Source of the DNA: Dipteris shenzhenensis
Taxonomy: Eukaryota
DNA: 64,000 nucleotides
Reading direction: 5' to 3' (one strand)
Assembly (NCBI GenBank): GCA_047967505.1
Contig: CM106538.1
Below the pieces are notes generated by a model that saw only the letters and a program-made list of their open reading frames with translations, was not told the DNA's origin and searched no databases. Positions 39,701 through 51,803 of this stretch are shown piece after piece (the stretch's first letter is position 1; the number at the start of each line of letters is the position of its first letter). The translations under genes were made by a program, and so were the position numbers.

Positions 39701-40662
39701 AAAGTTAGTCATCCTTCCCACCACATCCGGATTGAGACTGTTAATAACTGACAAGCATCTCTCTTGCTTACTCTTTCCACAACAGCCCAATCATCTAAGC
39801 GGTTACCTTACCACAATCATCTGAACACTTTACCACAATCATCTGAGCGGTTACTTTATTACTGCGACATAGCCCTGACTGCATCTCGAACGAAGTAAAT
39901 AAATTTTCTTTGCCCCCATGAACGCTCTTGAGTCTTAGTAGCATTCTTAATCCGTTTAGGTATCTGAGGAGTCTGCATCCATAGGGAGATCATCCCAAGA
40001 CGATTTATCAATCTCTGCATCCGAGCATAACGTTCCAGCTTCTCATCTGTCTCGGCCAGCAGAATTCGCGTTACATCATCAAAATCTGGGCCAACCACAC
40101 CCACTTTAGGTGAATTTGGACGAACCACGCCATCCTGAACTTGGGTAGACCAGCGCGCCACAATACCCGATTCATCTTGTGCATCCAAAGCCTTAGAATC
40201 CTCCAAGAATGGTTGGCCGTTGTAGATGTCCACCACTCCACCTTTCTTCGTGATGAATCTCCAAGGATTGATAAATCTTGCCAGATCAACCACCTTACCG
40301 GATCAGGTTTACTCGGTTGCTTCCTTGCATCATTGCAGTCGAGGAGTCCCCCTATCAATGTTCTCCGATTCATAGCTTTTCCCACCTACTCTTGGAGAAG
40401 TTTGGCACTACTCAACTCAGACGACACTGCATTCCACTCCAAACCCTCAACCAAAACCGCTTCAAGGGCGCCTTCATCGACTCAATCTCCTGGCAATCAA
40501 CAGCCAAAACTCTGGGTCTCTTCACTCTTCTCCTACATTTGCCTCGAGGTAGGAGTTGCACCTATCCTGCAAGTCTATGCGAGGGGTCTCATATGGAATG
40601 ATGAACCACGATGTAAGTGAATGTACTCTCGAATGTGGAAAGCACCGTCCAAAAATTTGGGA

Positions 40663-41510
40663 CCGTCTAGCGTCTAGCAACGTGCCTTGCTAGTCGCAAT
40701 TTTAGTTACTGATTGCAGAGCATATTAGATGACAACAACAACGATTGCGCAAGAAACTATCAGCGGAGAAGAAAGAAAGCATGAAGACTAGATGAGAAAT
40801 TGATTACTGGTCTTAAGCGATCTGCAAATCCAGCCAGATATACGTCAATCTCCATGCTGTCCCCCATCTCGCACTTCTCAGGATTGTTGATAACATTTGT
40901 CAATCTTCTTCGCTCCCCATCTATCAACTTTCCTTGCGATTCTTTCAGAAGTAAAATCTCCAACTCTGTCCTTGCACGATTGTTCTTCTTGGAGTTGGAG
41001 AGCAACAATCTCAGAGCTAGCAGAGAAGCTAATGGAGAGGAAGTGAAGCTCGTTTATGCAGCCTTGCACCCAGCTCTGAGATTGTTGCTCTCCAACTCTT
41101 CTTGCAGAGAAGCTAATGGAGAGGAAGTGAAGCTCGTTTATGCAGCCTTGCACCCAGCTCTGAGATTGTTGCTCTCCAACTCCAAGAAGAACAATCGTGC
41201 AAGGACAGAGTTGGAGATTTTACTTCTGAAAGAATCGCAAGGAAAGTTGACAGATGGGGAGCGAAGAAGATTGACAAATGTTATCAACAATCCTGAGAAG
41301 TGCGAGATGGGGGACAGCATGGAGATTGACGTATATCTGGCTGGATTTGCAGATCGCTTAAGACCAGTAATCAATTTCTCATTAGTCTTCATGCTTTCTT
41401 TCTTCTCCGCTGATAGTTTCTTGCGCAATCGTTGTTGTTGTCGTCTAATATGCTCTGCAATCAGTAACTAAAATTGTGACTAGCAAGGCACGTTGCTAGA
41501 CGCTAGACGG
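40663..41510. repeat. Near-perfect inverted repeat (arms 40663-41018 and 41156-41510) built from exon A of the neighbouring gene
   Basis: About 4 differences seen over ~355 bp; the 137-bp spacer contains an 84-bp tandem duplication. Confidence 0.95.
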
Positions 41511-44500
41511 CGGATACTATAGTACCATAGAATCCACCTCAGAGTTTCATCCATCTTCTCTTTCACATCAAAGTTTATGAGGAGCACTTCATGGACTGGG
41601 TTCGGATGGGACTAGGGCTAGAATGCTCTTTCCATCCTAGTCCCTTTCTAATCTAGCTAGCCTAGAACGGGACTAAAGTGGTTTTAACCACCACTTCTCC
41701 CCATCCTAGACTCCAGGCTTCATACCACCTAGTAGTCTTTGGGTCTTTGACAGACTGCTCTTCCCCGCTGCTCCAGCGATTGCTGCTGCTTCGACGATTG
41801 CTACTACTCCCGGCTCCCACCTACTCAGAACATAGCGCAGAGTCTATAGCATAAGGAGAATGTCGTAGAAGCTCTAAACGGTGGCGTCCCTCCCAGATTG
41901 TTGCTGACACTGCCAACAGAGGGCACTTTTATTGTGTCTGCGATTGAGAAACTTCATCAGCGAAGGGGGAAGAATCAAAGTGGTGAGGAGGTCTCCATAG
42001 CCACTAATAAAGACCACAATGCACAGGAAACATATGTCGCTACTGTACTAAAGGACGAGATCACGGAGGTGTCATCGTGAGAAGTGCGTTCATCGTCGAG
42101 GGGGGGAGTTGCTGCTGCAAGGCGCCTGTGTGTATCTTTCTTGCTATCTCGGGCTGCAAGAATAAGACTTGCACTTGAAGGTCTTTGCTTGGCTATTCAA
42201 GAGAAGGGCAAATGAGAATAGATTTCATGGCGCCATTGAGAAGGGCAAGTGAGGACGACATTTGAACGACTTTGCTCGGCTATTCTGGAGGTAAGTGAAT
42301 CCAACGAAATTGTGGCAAGAAATGAATTTGTCGCCATCTTTGGTAATTAGGGGCATGTGAAGTAGAATGACACTGTGACGTTGTGAGGGTTATACCTTGG
42401 ATGGCACATCTGGTGATTTGTCCTGTAGCCATCCTCATCTTGGTGTGTTATCCATGAAGAGCAATCTCATGATCCTTGTTCTAGTGATGGCCACTCAGTG
42501 TGGACAATACCAGTCCACGTTTTTGTGGAGCTGTTGATGTGTTTCAAAGGGAAGCGACTTCATGTTGATATGTTGAAAGTGGTACTGGAAGCACTGTTTT
42601 TTTTCAGCTTGTCCAATTGAGGTGTGTCCTTAATGTGAGCTGCCAATTCCATGTTTTTTTCAACTTGCCCAAATGAGGTGTGCCCTTAATGTTAGGCTAT
42701 TATTGTACTCTTCCTCGTTCATATCATAACTGTAGAAATTTTTCTCTTGGTGACAGGTATTGGATTGCAAGGGAAGCAGGCCTTGTTGAAGGAAATTTTG
42801 AAGAGGGTTCTACAAAGTTGACAGGTTGGTACCATTTGATGTTGTAAACTTGGATGAGTGTCTAAATTCTGCACAGTATGTTGCAGCCTAGTCATGATCA
42901 TGAACATAGTTATCAGATCTGGCAGCTATTTTTTGGAATGAAAAAAGTGAGCTAAGATGGCAGCTTATGCTTGAGTATTTTTGTGACTGTGTAGATGGAT
43001 GAGAAGGAATGGGCTTCTTTGCAGCAAGATTCTGAGTTCCAAGCTTTTATTAGACAGCCTCGAAGAGCGTTCTCATATCCCAGTTACTTTAATAGGATGA
43101 AAAATGCGCTATCTTGAAAGATTTGGTCCCCCACCATATAAGCCTTCGCCTTTATCCTCATATGTGCCTCCATCCCTATCCTCAAGCGTGAAGTAGATCT
43201 GGGTCATGCAGAGGTACCTCCTGTAGAGTCATCAGCACATCCTAAAGAGACATCGGTACATATGGAGCAGGCCTCAAAGAAAAGAAAGAGAACAAACAAG
43301 AAAAAGATAGCCAAGGAAGTACACGAGTCTCCTGTTGAGGCTTCCATGGGTGAGGATGTGGAGGGTGTGAAAGGTAAGAGGTATACATATGATGGACTTA
43401 AAGATTGTATCACACTCCGGTGTCAAATGCAGCCTAAGTTTATGCAGCCTTGCACCCAGCTCTGAGATTGTTGCTCTCCAACTCCAAGAAGAACAATCGT
43501 GCAAGGACAGAGTTGGAGATTTTACTTCTGAAAGAATCGCAAGGAAAGTTGACAGATGGGGAGCGAAGAAGATTGACAAATGTTATCAACAATCCTGAGA
43601 AGTGCGAGATGGGGGACAGCATGGAGATTGACGTATATCTGGCTGGATTTGCAGATTGCTTAAGACCAATAAGCAATTTCTCATCTAGTCTTCGTGCTTT
43701 CTTTCTTCTCCGCTGATAGTTTCTTGTGCAATCGTTGTTGTTGTCGTCTAATATGCTCTGCAATCAGTAACTAAAATTGCGACTAGCAAGGCACGTTGCT
43801 AGACGCTAGACGGCGGATACTATAGTATCACCATAGAATCCGCCCCACAGTTTCATCCGTCTTCTCTTTCACATCAAAGTTTATGAGGAGCACTTCATGG
43901 ACTGGGTTCGGATGGGACTAGGGCTAGAATGCTCTTTCCATCCTAGTCCCTTTCTAATCTAGCTAGCCTAGAACGGGACTAAAGTGGTTTTAACCACCAC
44001 TTCTCCCACCCTAAACCCATCCTAGACTCCAGGGTTCATACCACCTAGTAGTCTTTGGGTCTTTGACAGACTTCTCTTCCCCGCTGCTCCAGCGATTGCT
44101 GCTGCTTCGACGATTGCTACTACTCCCGGCTCCCACCTACTCAGAACATAGCGCAGAGTCTATAGCAGAAGGAGGATGTCGTATAAGCTCTAAACGGTGG
44201 CGTCCCTCCCAGATTGTTGCTGCCACTGTCAACAGAGGGCACTTTTATTGTGTCTGCGATTGAGAAACTTCATCAGCGAAGGGGAAGAGGGGAAAGAATC
44301 AAAGTGGTGAGGAGGTCTCCATAGCCACTAATAAAGACCACAATGCACACACATGTCGCTACTGTACTAAAGGACGAGATCACAGAGGTGTCATCGTCGA
44401 GGGGGGGGGGGTTGCTGCTGCAAGGCGCCTGTGTGTATCTTTCTTGCTCGGGCTGCAAGAATAAGACTTGCACTTGAAGGTCTTTGCTTGGCTATTCAAG

Positions 44501-47500
44501 AGAAGGGCAAATGAGAATAGATTTCATGGCGCCATTGAGAAGGGCAAGTGAGGACGACATTTGAACGACTTTGCTTGGCTATTCTGGAGGTAAGTGAACC
44601 CAACGAAATTGTGGCAAGAAATGAATTTGTCGCCATCTTTGGTAATTAGGGGCATGTGAAGTAGAATGACACTGTGACGTTGTGAGGGTTATACCTTGGA
44701 TGGCACATCTGGTGATTTGTCCTGTAGCCATCCTCATCTTGGTGTGTTATCCATGAAGAGCAATCTCATGATCCTTGTTCTAGTGATGGCCACTCAGTGT
44801 GGACAATACCAGTCCACGTTTTTGTGGAGCTGTTGATGTGTTTCAAAGGGAAGCGACTTCATGTTGATATGTTGAAAGTGGTACTAGAAGCACTGTTTTT
44901 TTTCAGCTTGTCCAATTGAGGTGTGTCCTTAAGGTGAGCTGCCAATTCCATGTTTTTTTCAACTTGCCCAAATGAGGTGTGCCCTTAATGTTAGGCTATT
45001 ATTGTACTCTTCCTCGTTCATATCATAACTGTAGAATTTTCTCTTGGTGACAGGTATTGGATTGCAAGGTAAGCAGGCCTTGTTGAAGAAAATTTTGAAG
45101 AGGGTTCTACAAAGTTGACAGGTTGGTACCATTTGATGTTGTAAACTTGGATGAGTGTCTAAATTCTGCACAGTATGTTGCAGCCTAGTCATGATCATGA
45201 ACATAGTTATCAGATCTGGCAGCTATTTTTTGGAATGAAAAAAGTGAGCTAAGATGGCAGCTTATGCTTGAGTATTTTTGTGACTGTGTAGATGGATGAG
45301 AAGGAATGGGCTTCTTTGCAGCAAGATTCTGAGTTCCAAGCTTTTATTAGACAGCCTCGAAGAGCGTTCTCATATCCCGGTTACTTTAATAGGATGAAAA
45401 ATGCGCTATCTTGAAAGATTTGGTCCCCCACCATATAAGCCTTCACCTTTATCCTCGTATGTGCCTCCATCCCTATCCTCAAGTGTGAAGTAGATCTGGG
45501 TCATGCAGAGGTACCTCCTGTAGAGTCATCAGCACATCCTAAAGAGACATCGGTACATATGGAGCAGGCCTCAAAGAAAAGAAAGAGAACAAACAAGAAA
45601 AAGATAGCCAAGGAAGCACACGAGTCTCCTGTTGAGGCTTCCATGGGTGAGGATGTGGAGGGTGTGAAAGGTAAGAGGTATACATATGATGGACTTAAAG
45701 ATTGTATCACACTCCGGTGTCAAATGCAGCCTAAGTTTATGCAGCCTTGCACCCAGCGCTGAAATTGTTGCTCTCCAACTCCAAGAAGAACAATCGTGCA
45801 AGGACAGAGTTGGAGATTTTACTTCTGAAAGAATTGCAAGGAAAGTTGACAGATGGGGAGCGAAGGAGATTGACAAATGTTATCAACAATCCTGAGAAGC
45901 GCGAGATGGGGGACAGCATGGAGATTGACGTATATCTGGCTGGATTTGCAGATCGCTTAAGACCAATAATCAATTTCTCATCTAGTCTTCATGCTTTCTT
46001 TCTTCTTCGCTGATAGTTTTTTGCGCAATCGTTGTTGTTGTCGTCTAATATGCTCTGCAATCAGTAACTAAAATTGCGACTAGCAAGGCACGTTGCTAGA
46101 CGCTAGACGGCGGATACTATAGTATCACCATAGAATCCGCCTCACAGTTTCATCCGTCTTCTCTTTCACATCAAAGTTTATGAGGAGCACTTCATGGACT
46201 GGGTTCGGATGGGACTAGGGCTAGAATGCTCTTTCCATCCTAAGTCCCTTTCTAATCTAGCTAGCCTAAAACGGGACTAAAGTGGTTTTAACCACCACTT
46301 CTCCCACCCTAAACCCATCCTAGACTCCAGGGTTCATACCACCTAGTAGTCTTTGGGTCATTGACAGATTGCTCTTCCCCGCTGCTCAGCGATTGCTGCT
46401 GCTTCGACGATTGCTACTACTCCCGGCTCCCACCTACTCAGAACATAGCGCAGAGTCTATAGCAGAAGGAGGATGTCGTATAAGCTCTAAACGGTGGCGT
46501 CCCTCCCAAATTGTTGCTGCCACTGCCAACAAAGGGCACTTTTATTGTGTCTGCGATTGAGAAACTTCATCAGCGAAGGGGAAGAGGGGAAAGAATCAAA
46601 GTGGTGAGGAGGTCTCCATAGCCACTAATAAAGACCACAATGCACAGGAAACACATGTCGCTATTGTACTAAAGGACGAGATCACGGAGGTGTCATCGTC
46701 GAGGGGGGGGGGTTGCTGCTGCAAGGCGCCTGTGTGTATCTTTCTTGCTATCTCGGGCTGCAAGAATAAGACTTGCACTTGAAGGTCTTTGCTTGGCTAT
46801 TCAAGAGAAGGGCAAATGAGAATAGATTTCATGGCGCCATTGAGAAGGGCAAGTGAGGACGACATTTGAACGACTTTGCTCGGCTATTCTGGAGGTAAGT
46901 GAATCCAACGAAATTGTGGCAAGAAATGAATTTGTCGCCATCTTTGGTAATTAGGGGCATGTGAAGTAGAATGACACTGTGACGTTGTGAGCGTTATACC
47001 TTGGATGGCACATCTGGTGATTTGTCCTGTAGCCATCCTCATCTTGGTGTGTTATCCATGAAGAGCAATCTCATGATCCTTGTTCTAGTGATGGCCACTC
47101 AGTGTGGACAATACCAGTCCACGTTTTTGTGGAGCTGTTGATGTGTTTCAAAGGGAAGCGACTTCATGTTGATATGTTGAAAGTGGTACTGGAAGCACTG
47201 TTTTTTTTCAGCTTGTCCAATTGAGGTGTGTCCTTAATGTGAGCTGCCAATTCCATGTTTTTTTTCAACTTGCCCAAATGAGGTGTGCCCTTAATGTTAG
47301 GCTATTATTGTACTCTTCCTCGTTCATATCATAACTGTAGAAATTTTTCTCTTGGTGACAGGTATTGGATTGCAAGGGAAGCAGGCCTTGTTGAAGAAAA
47401 TTTTGAAGAGGGTTCTACAAAGTTGACAGGTTGGTACCATTTGATGTTGTAAACTTGGATGAGTGTCTAAATTCTGCACAGTATGTTGCAGCCTAGTCAT

Positions 47501-48046
47501 GATCATGAACATAGTTATCAGATCTGGCAGCTATTTTTTGGAATGAAAAAAGTGAGCTAAGATGGCAGCTTATGCTTGAGTATTTTTGTGACTGTGTAGA
47601 TGGATGAGAAGGAATGGGCTTCTTTGCAGCAAGATTCTGAGTTCCAAGCTTTTATTAGACAGCCTCGAAGAGCGTTCTCATATCCCAGTTACTTTAATAG
47701 GATGAAAAATGCGCTATCTTGAAAGATTTGGTCCCCCACCATATAAGCCTTCACCTTTATCCTCGTATGTGCCTCCATCCCTATCCTCAAGTGTGAAGTA
47801 GATCTGGGTCATGCAGAGGTACCTCCTGTAGAGTCATCAGCACATCCTAAAGAGACATCGGTACATATGGAGCAGGCCTCAAAGAAAAGAAAGAGAACAA
47901 ACAAGAAAAAGATAGCCAAGGAAGCACACGAGTCCCGTGTTGAGGCTTCCATGGGTGAGGATGTGGAGGGTGTGAAAGGTAAGAGGTATACATATGATGG
48001 ACTTAAAGATTGTATCACACTCCGGTGTGAAATGCAGCCTAAGTTT
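41136..48046 (+). repeat. Three tandem ~2.3-kb units (41136-43437, 43438-45734, 45735-48042)
   Basis: Near-identical sequence and repeated ORFs with periods 2302/2297/2308; each unit = exon fragment + Harbinger left end + 5' part of the Myb-like ORF. Confidence 0.96.
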
Positions 48047-48784
48047 GAGCAGAAGTGCACTCATGAGAACTTGTGGCTTCAAATTGCAATGAAGATGGCA
48101 GCCAACCAAGGGTCACCCCAAAAGAGAGAGAAACAACTACAAAGACAAGTGGATCGTGTGGCACATGCGGTATAACAAAGAGGCAAAGAAAAAGCTGCAC
48201 CAAAGTGGATATGGAGACAAGATGAGGTAGAGGGATCAGATGCCATTGGGTTCGAGGATGACGAGATCCTTGCAGAGATCCATGAGTACATGCATCATCA
48301 TCCAAAGGTTGTGTCACAGGCTAAGCTCCAGAGTGGTGCTGAGGGAGCTACAGGCTCCACTTGTTCTAAGGAGCGGGTTGGTGAGGTATCAAGCCTTGGT
48401 GGGAAGAGAGCAAAGAGAATTTCAGATGGTTTAACAGACTCGGTGGACTCTATGGTTGAGGCCCTTACACATAATGCTTCCTCAACAACAAAAGTGATCG
48501 AGCAAGTCTCCCAAACGTTGTAGAGTCTACCTGCTGTTGCAAATCCAGCGTCCAAAAGTAAAGGGGATGTGGGAAGAGAAATAGACAATAAGGTTTATGA
48601 GTGGCTGGTATCCCTTGGCAAAGAACGCCTTGCCAATTACTTTGCTAAGGCAATGGTGGACTGGGACTGCTTAACTTTACTGGAATTTGAAGACTTGGAG
48701 AAGATGGGTTCACCAATTGGACCTCAGAGATTCATATGGAATGAGTTGAAGAAAATGAAGAACCAACTTGGCTCTACCGGTTGA
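47600..48784 (+). pseudogene. Harbinger partner protein: basic NLS, trihelix/Myb-SANT-like domain and C-terminal SAM domain
   Basis: KKRKRTNKKK; LRCEMQPKFEQKCTHENLWLQIAMKMAANQG then (shifted frame) NYKDKW..RYNKEAKKKLHQSGYG; FEDDEILAEIHEYM; VYEWLVSLGKERLANYFAKAMVDWDCLTLLEFEDLEKMGSPIGPQRFIWNEL; TAG at 48521. Confidence 0.75.
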
Positions 48785-48930
48785 TAGCAGGACATGGAAA
48801 TAGGCAGAGTTTAAACCCAGCATAGTAGCATCTATGAGATGTCAAAGATGGAGCTCTACAATGTAGTTGCATGCATACATGAGGGTGCATTTTTCATATG
48901 CAATTTGAACTATTTTTGTGTAATATGCTT

Positions 48931-49140
48931 CATGGCATTTTGTGTGTCCCATCAGTGGATCTGTTGTATATATCACATGGTATTTTGGACTTGCATCATA
49001 TGACATGGACTTTACGTATGTCATTTTTGGACCTGCAACACGACATGAAATATGTTACATGGCATTTTGTATGTCTCTTTATCAGATCTATTGAATATAT
49101 CACATCGTATTTTGGACCTACAATATATGACATGAATTTT
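48931..49140. repeat. Degenerate ~80-bp direct repeat (period ~128 bp) downstream of the Myb-SAM ORF
   Basis: catggcattttgt..gatct..atatatcacat.gtattttggac twice; related sequence at ~49770-49850. Confidence 0.6.
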
Positions 49141-50699
49141 GATTGCAATATGTTATCGTATTTTCTGTGTAGTCTGTTATTTCTGCCCACATAATTGTTC
49201 TTCCATTTGGGAACTTCCATTTGAGCAGTAGTGTGTAAAGGCAACCAAGTCCCTTCTGTAATGTGTAGTGCTCATAACGCTTTGGTGTTGTCAACTGTGA
49301 ATGCAAATGTAACACTTTCAACTAATGAGCATTTCCCTATCATCTTGGAGATAAATTTGTATATGGGCAGCACTTATGCTTTAGTGCTGCAGTACACGGG
49401 GATTGAAAAAAAGAGTTGCAGCAAATGGATTGCTGTGGACATGGCCTTGCACGAAGCTTGCTCCCATTGATGTGTAGGGCCTTGCACACTCTATGGCAGT
49501 CTTTTAATCATCCTAACTCTCTCTCTCTCTGCCTCATCATTTAATCAGCTCAAAGTTAGAGCTGACATTCCATGTGTTGTAAAGCATTTAAGGTGGACAG
49601 TTATGTCCTGAAGTGGCAACACTCATCAACATGCGAGAATTATAATTTATAATTCTCATGCCCTAAACTCCTTCAGATCAATAATTATCATTTATGACAC
49701 TTGCTCCTTTGGGTAACAGCTTGAAAAAATACGTTGACTATAGTATGCCATGCTTTCACTGGCCATAATGGAATCTATCATGATATTTTGTATGTTACAT
49801 TGATCTAATGGAATATATCACATGGAATATTATCATTGCATTTTGTATGTCCCATGATCAATTTTAGTTGATTCTAGGTTGTAGCTGTCATCACGATTTT
49901 CACAAGAAAATATATTACATTTAAAATATAACCTTGCTCTACTACATACATGCTCAATGTAAAATAATACCTCTTAATAAGTAATGTAGATGGAGTGCTA
50001 TTAGGGATGAAATGGATTAGCAATTTCTAGTCATTTGTTCGAATTATAGGTGCTTGGTCATTCGTTTAAAGCTTTTTATAAACTGTTATGATCAAAATTT
50101 TAAATTTACCACATTAATATTTGCTAATGATATTAGCTGCCCTCTGCATATCATAAACCAATTGGAAGTTAAACCAAATTAAGGAAATTAAACTAGTTGA
50201 AAGTCAGATAATAAACTAATTTCAGTATGGCATTCTCAATCTGCAACAACTAATAAGCTATTTGCACTGGCCACAACCTTGCAAACTAAATTTCATCTTT
50301 CAATACACTCCAATATGGAACTCATGGAAAATGGCTCCCATGCCTTGAGTAATGATATCGTCCTATTTTCATGAGTAGGCCAAAGGCAATTTTTAGTTCT
50401 TGGCATGTGCGCTTCCCTCTTGAACTTGGAGCCTTGAGAATTGTTAAAGATATCACCTTGGCAGCTACATGGAAGATATCGTTTGTTTCATTGGCATGAT
50501 TCTAAAACTTGCAAAGCTGATCCTTCTTCTTACAATGAGACTTTGGGCCAAGCTACCCCTCCACATATATCACTGGAGAAAAGTGTATCTAAACAGCCAC
50601 CAAAACACTTGAGTACTGGTTGCAGTGGAAAGCGATTTGCTTAAGCTGAAAATTATCACTTCAAATCAATTCCATTACAGCCAAAGATATAGCCCACCT

Positions 50700-51265
50700 A
50701 CATCGTAAGCAGTAAGCTGGGCATATCCTGCCATTAGTGCACCCCATGAAACAACATCACGATGTGAGATCTTGTCAAATGTGTCTCACAACCCCTTTCT
50801 AGCAATCATTGAGTGTCTTTCTCTGCCCTTGTCTATGGATCCTTTGCCGCCACAAGCCTTCAAGCTGCAAACAAATCACATCCTGCCATTAGTGCAGTCC
50901 ATGAGTCTACCTCATCTTGAACTGGTAGCTATGCTTCCTATGCTTCTGCAAGTGAGCTAGATTTGGCAACCCAATGCTTCATCACCAAGCCCCAGCTCGG
51001 CACATCCTGCCATTAGTGCAGTCCATAAGACCTTATCTCAAACTAGTAGCTATGCTTCCTGTGCTTCTACAAGTGAGCTAGATTTGGAATACATATCCAC
51101 CAAGATTCTGCCAACAGTAAGACGTTTTTCCAGCCCCTTCCTGGAAATCTCAACATGTATGTCTCGGCCCTTGTCTATGGCTCCTAGGGTGCCACAAGAT
51201 TCCAAGCTGCAAACAAATGTGACACCATTTGGAGAAAGACCTACTTTCATTTGTTCCGGACAGTT
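50700..51265 (-). pseudogene. PLS-class pentatricopeptide repeat (PPR) gene fragment inside the Harbinger
   Basis: GLSPNGVTFVCSLESCGTLGAIDKGRDIHVEISRKGLE..VGRILVDMYSK..LVEAQ; further RDVVSWGALMAGYAQ motif at ~50720-50762. Confidence 0.8.
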
Positions 51266-51269
51266 TAGT

Positions 51270-51625
51270 GCTTGTGTATAAGGTCAAAGAAGTGAAGTAC
51301 GTCACTACAAACCCATGCTATCCATATGATGCATTCATGGCATTTCATGTGCTTGTGTCCAATCTCTAGTACTCTACCCTGCATAAAATCATTGCAAAAC
51401 CTTGCTTGGTACATAAGATCAAAGAAGTGAAGTGCATCACTATAAACCCATGCTGTCCATATGATGTTAAGCATGGCATTCCATTTGTTTGTGTTCAAGC
51501 TCTACCCTGCATAAAACCACTGCAAAACCTTGCTTGGTGGACAAGATCAAAGAAGTGAAGTGCATCATTGTAAACCCATGCTGTCCCATGTGATGTGATC
51601 ATGGCATTCCATGCATTTGTGTCCC
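51270..51625 (-). repeat. Three ~130-bp tandem units derived from a PPR motif
   Basis: Units share aagatcaaagaagtgaagtgcatca..aaacccatgctgtccatatgatg; the minus strand reads WNAM..SYGQHGF..DALHFFDLM. Confidence 0.7.
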
Positions 51626-51803
51626 TCTTTAACTATTCAATTATGTCTGAAGCTTTCTTCATCCTTTTCTTTTGCAAGAAAAGATCAGCCATGTTGTCTC
51701 AAATTTTTTCTGCATCCATATTAGTGTGACGTTGAGATTCTTGTAGTGGTGTGGAACCCATAGCCATAGCAAGAAAGGATGCTTCTGTACTGAGAGTTTC
51801 AGC

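Noticed and set aside
39859-40600. Possible LINE ORF1 or upstream exon of the ENT-like gene
   Set aside because: Multiple stops and no RRM or zinc-knuckle motif; identity cannot be assigned
40800-41471. 223-aa ORF spanning the hairpin
   Set aside because: Artefact of the inverted duplication: antisense exon read into sense exon copies
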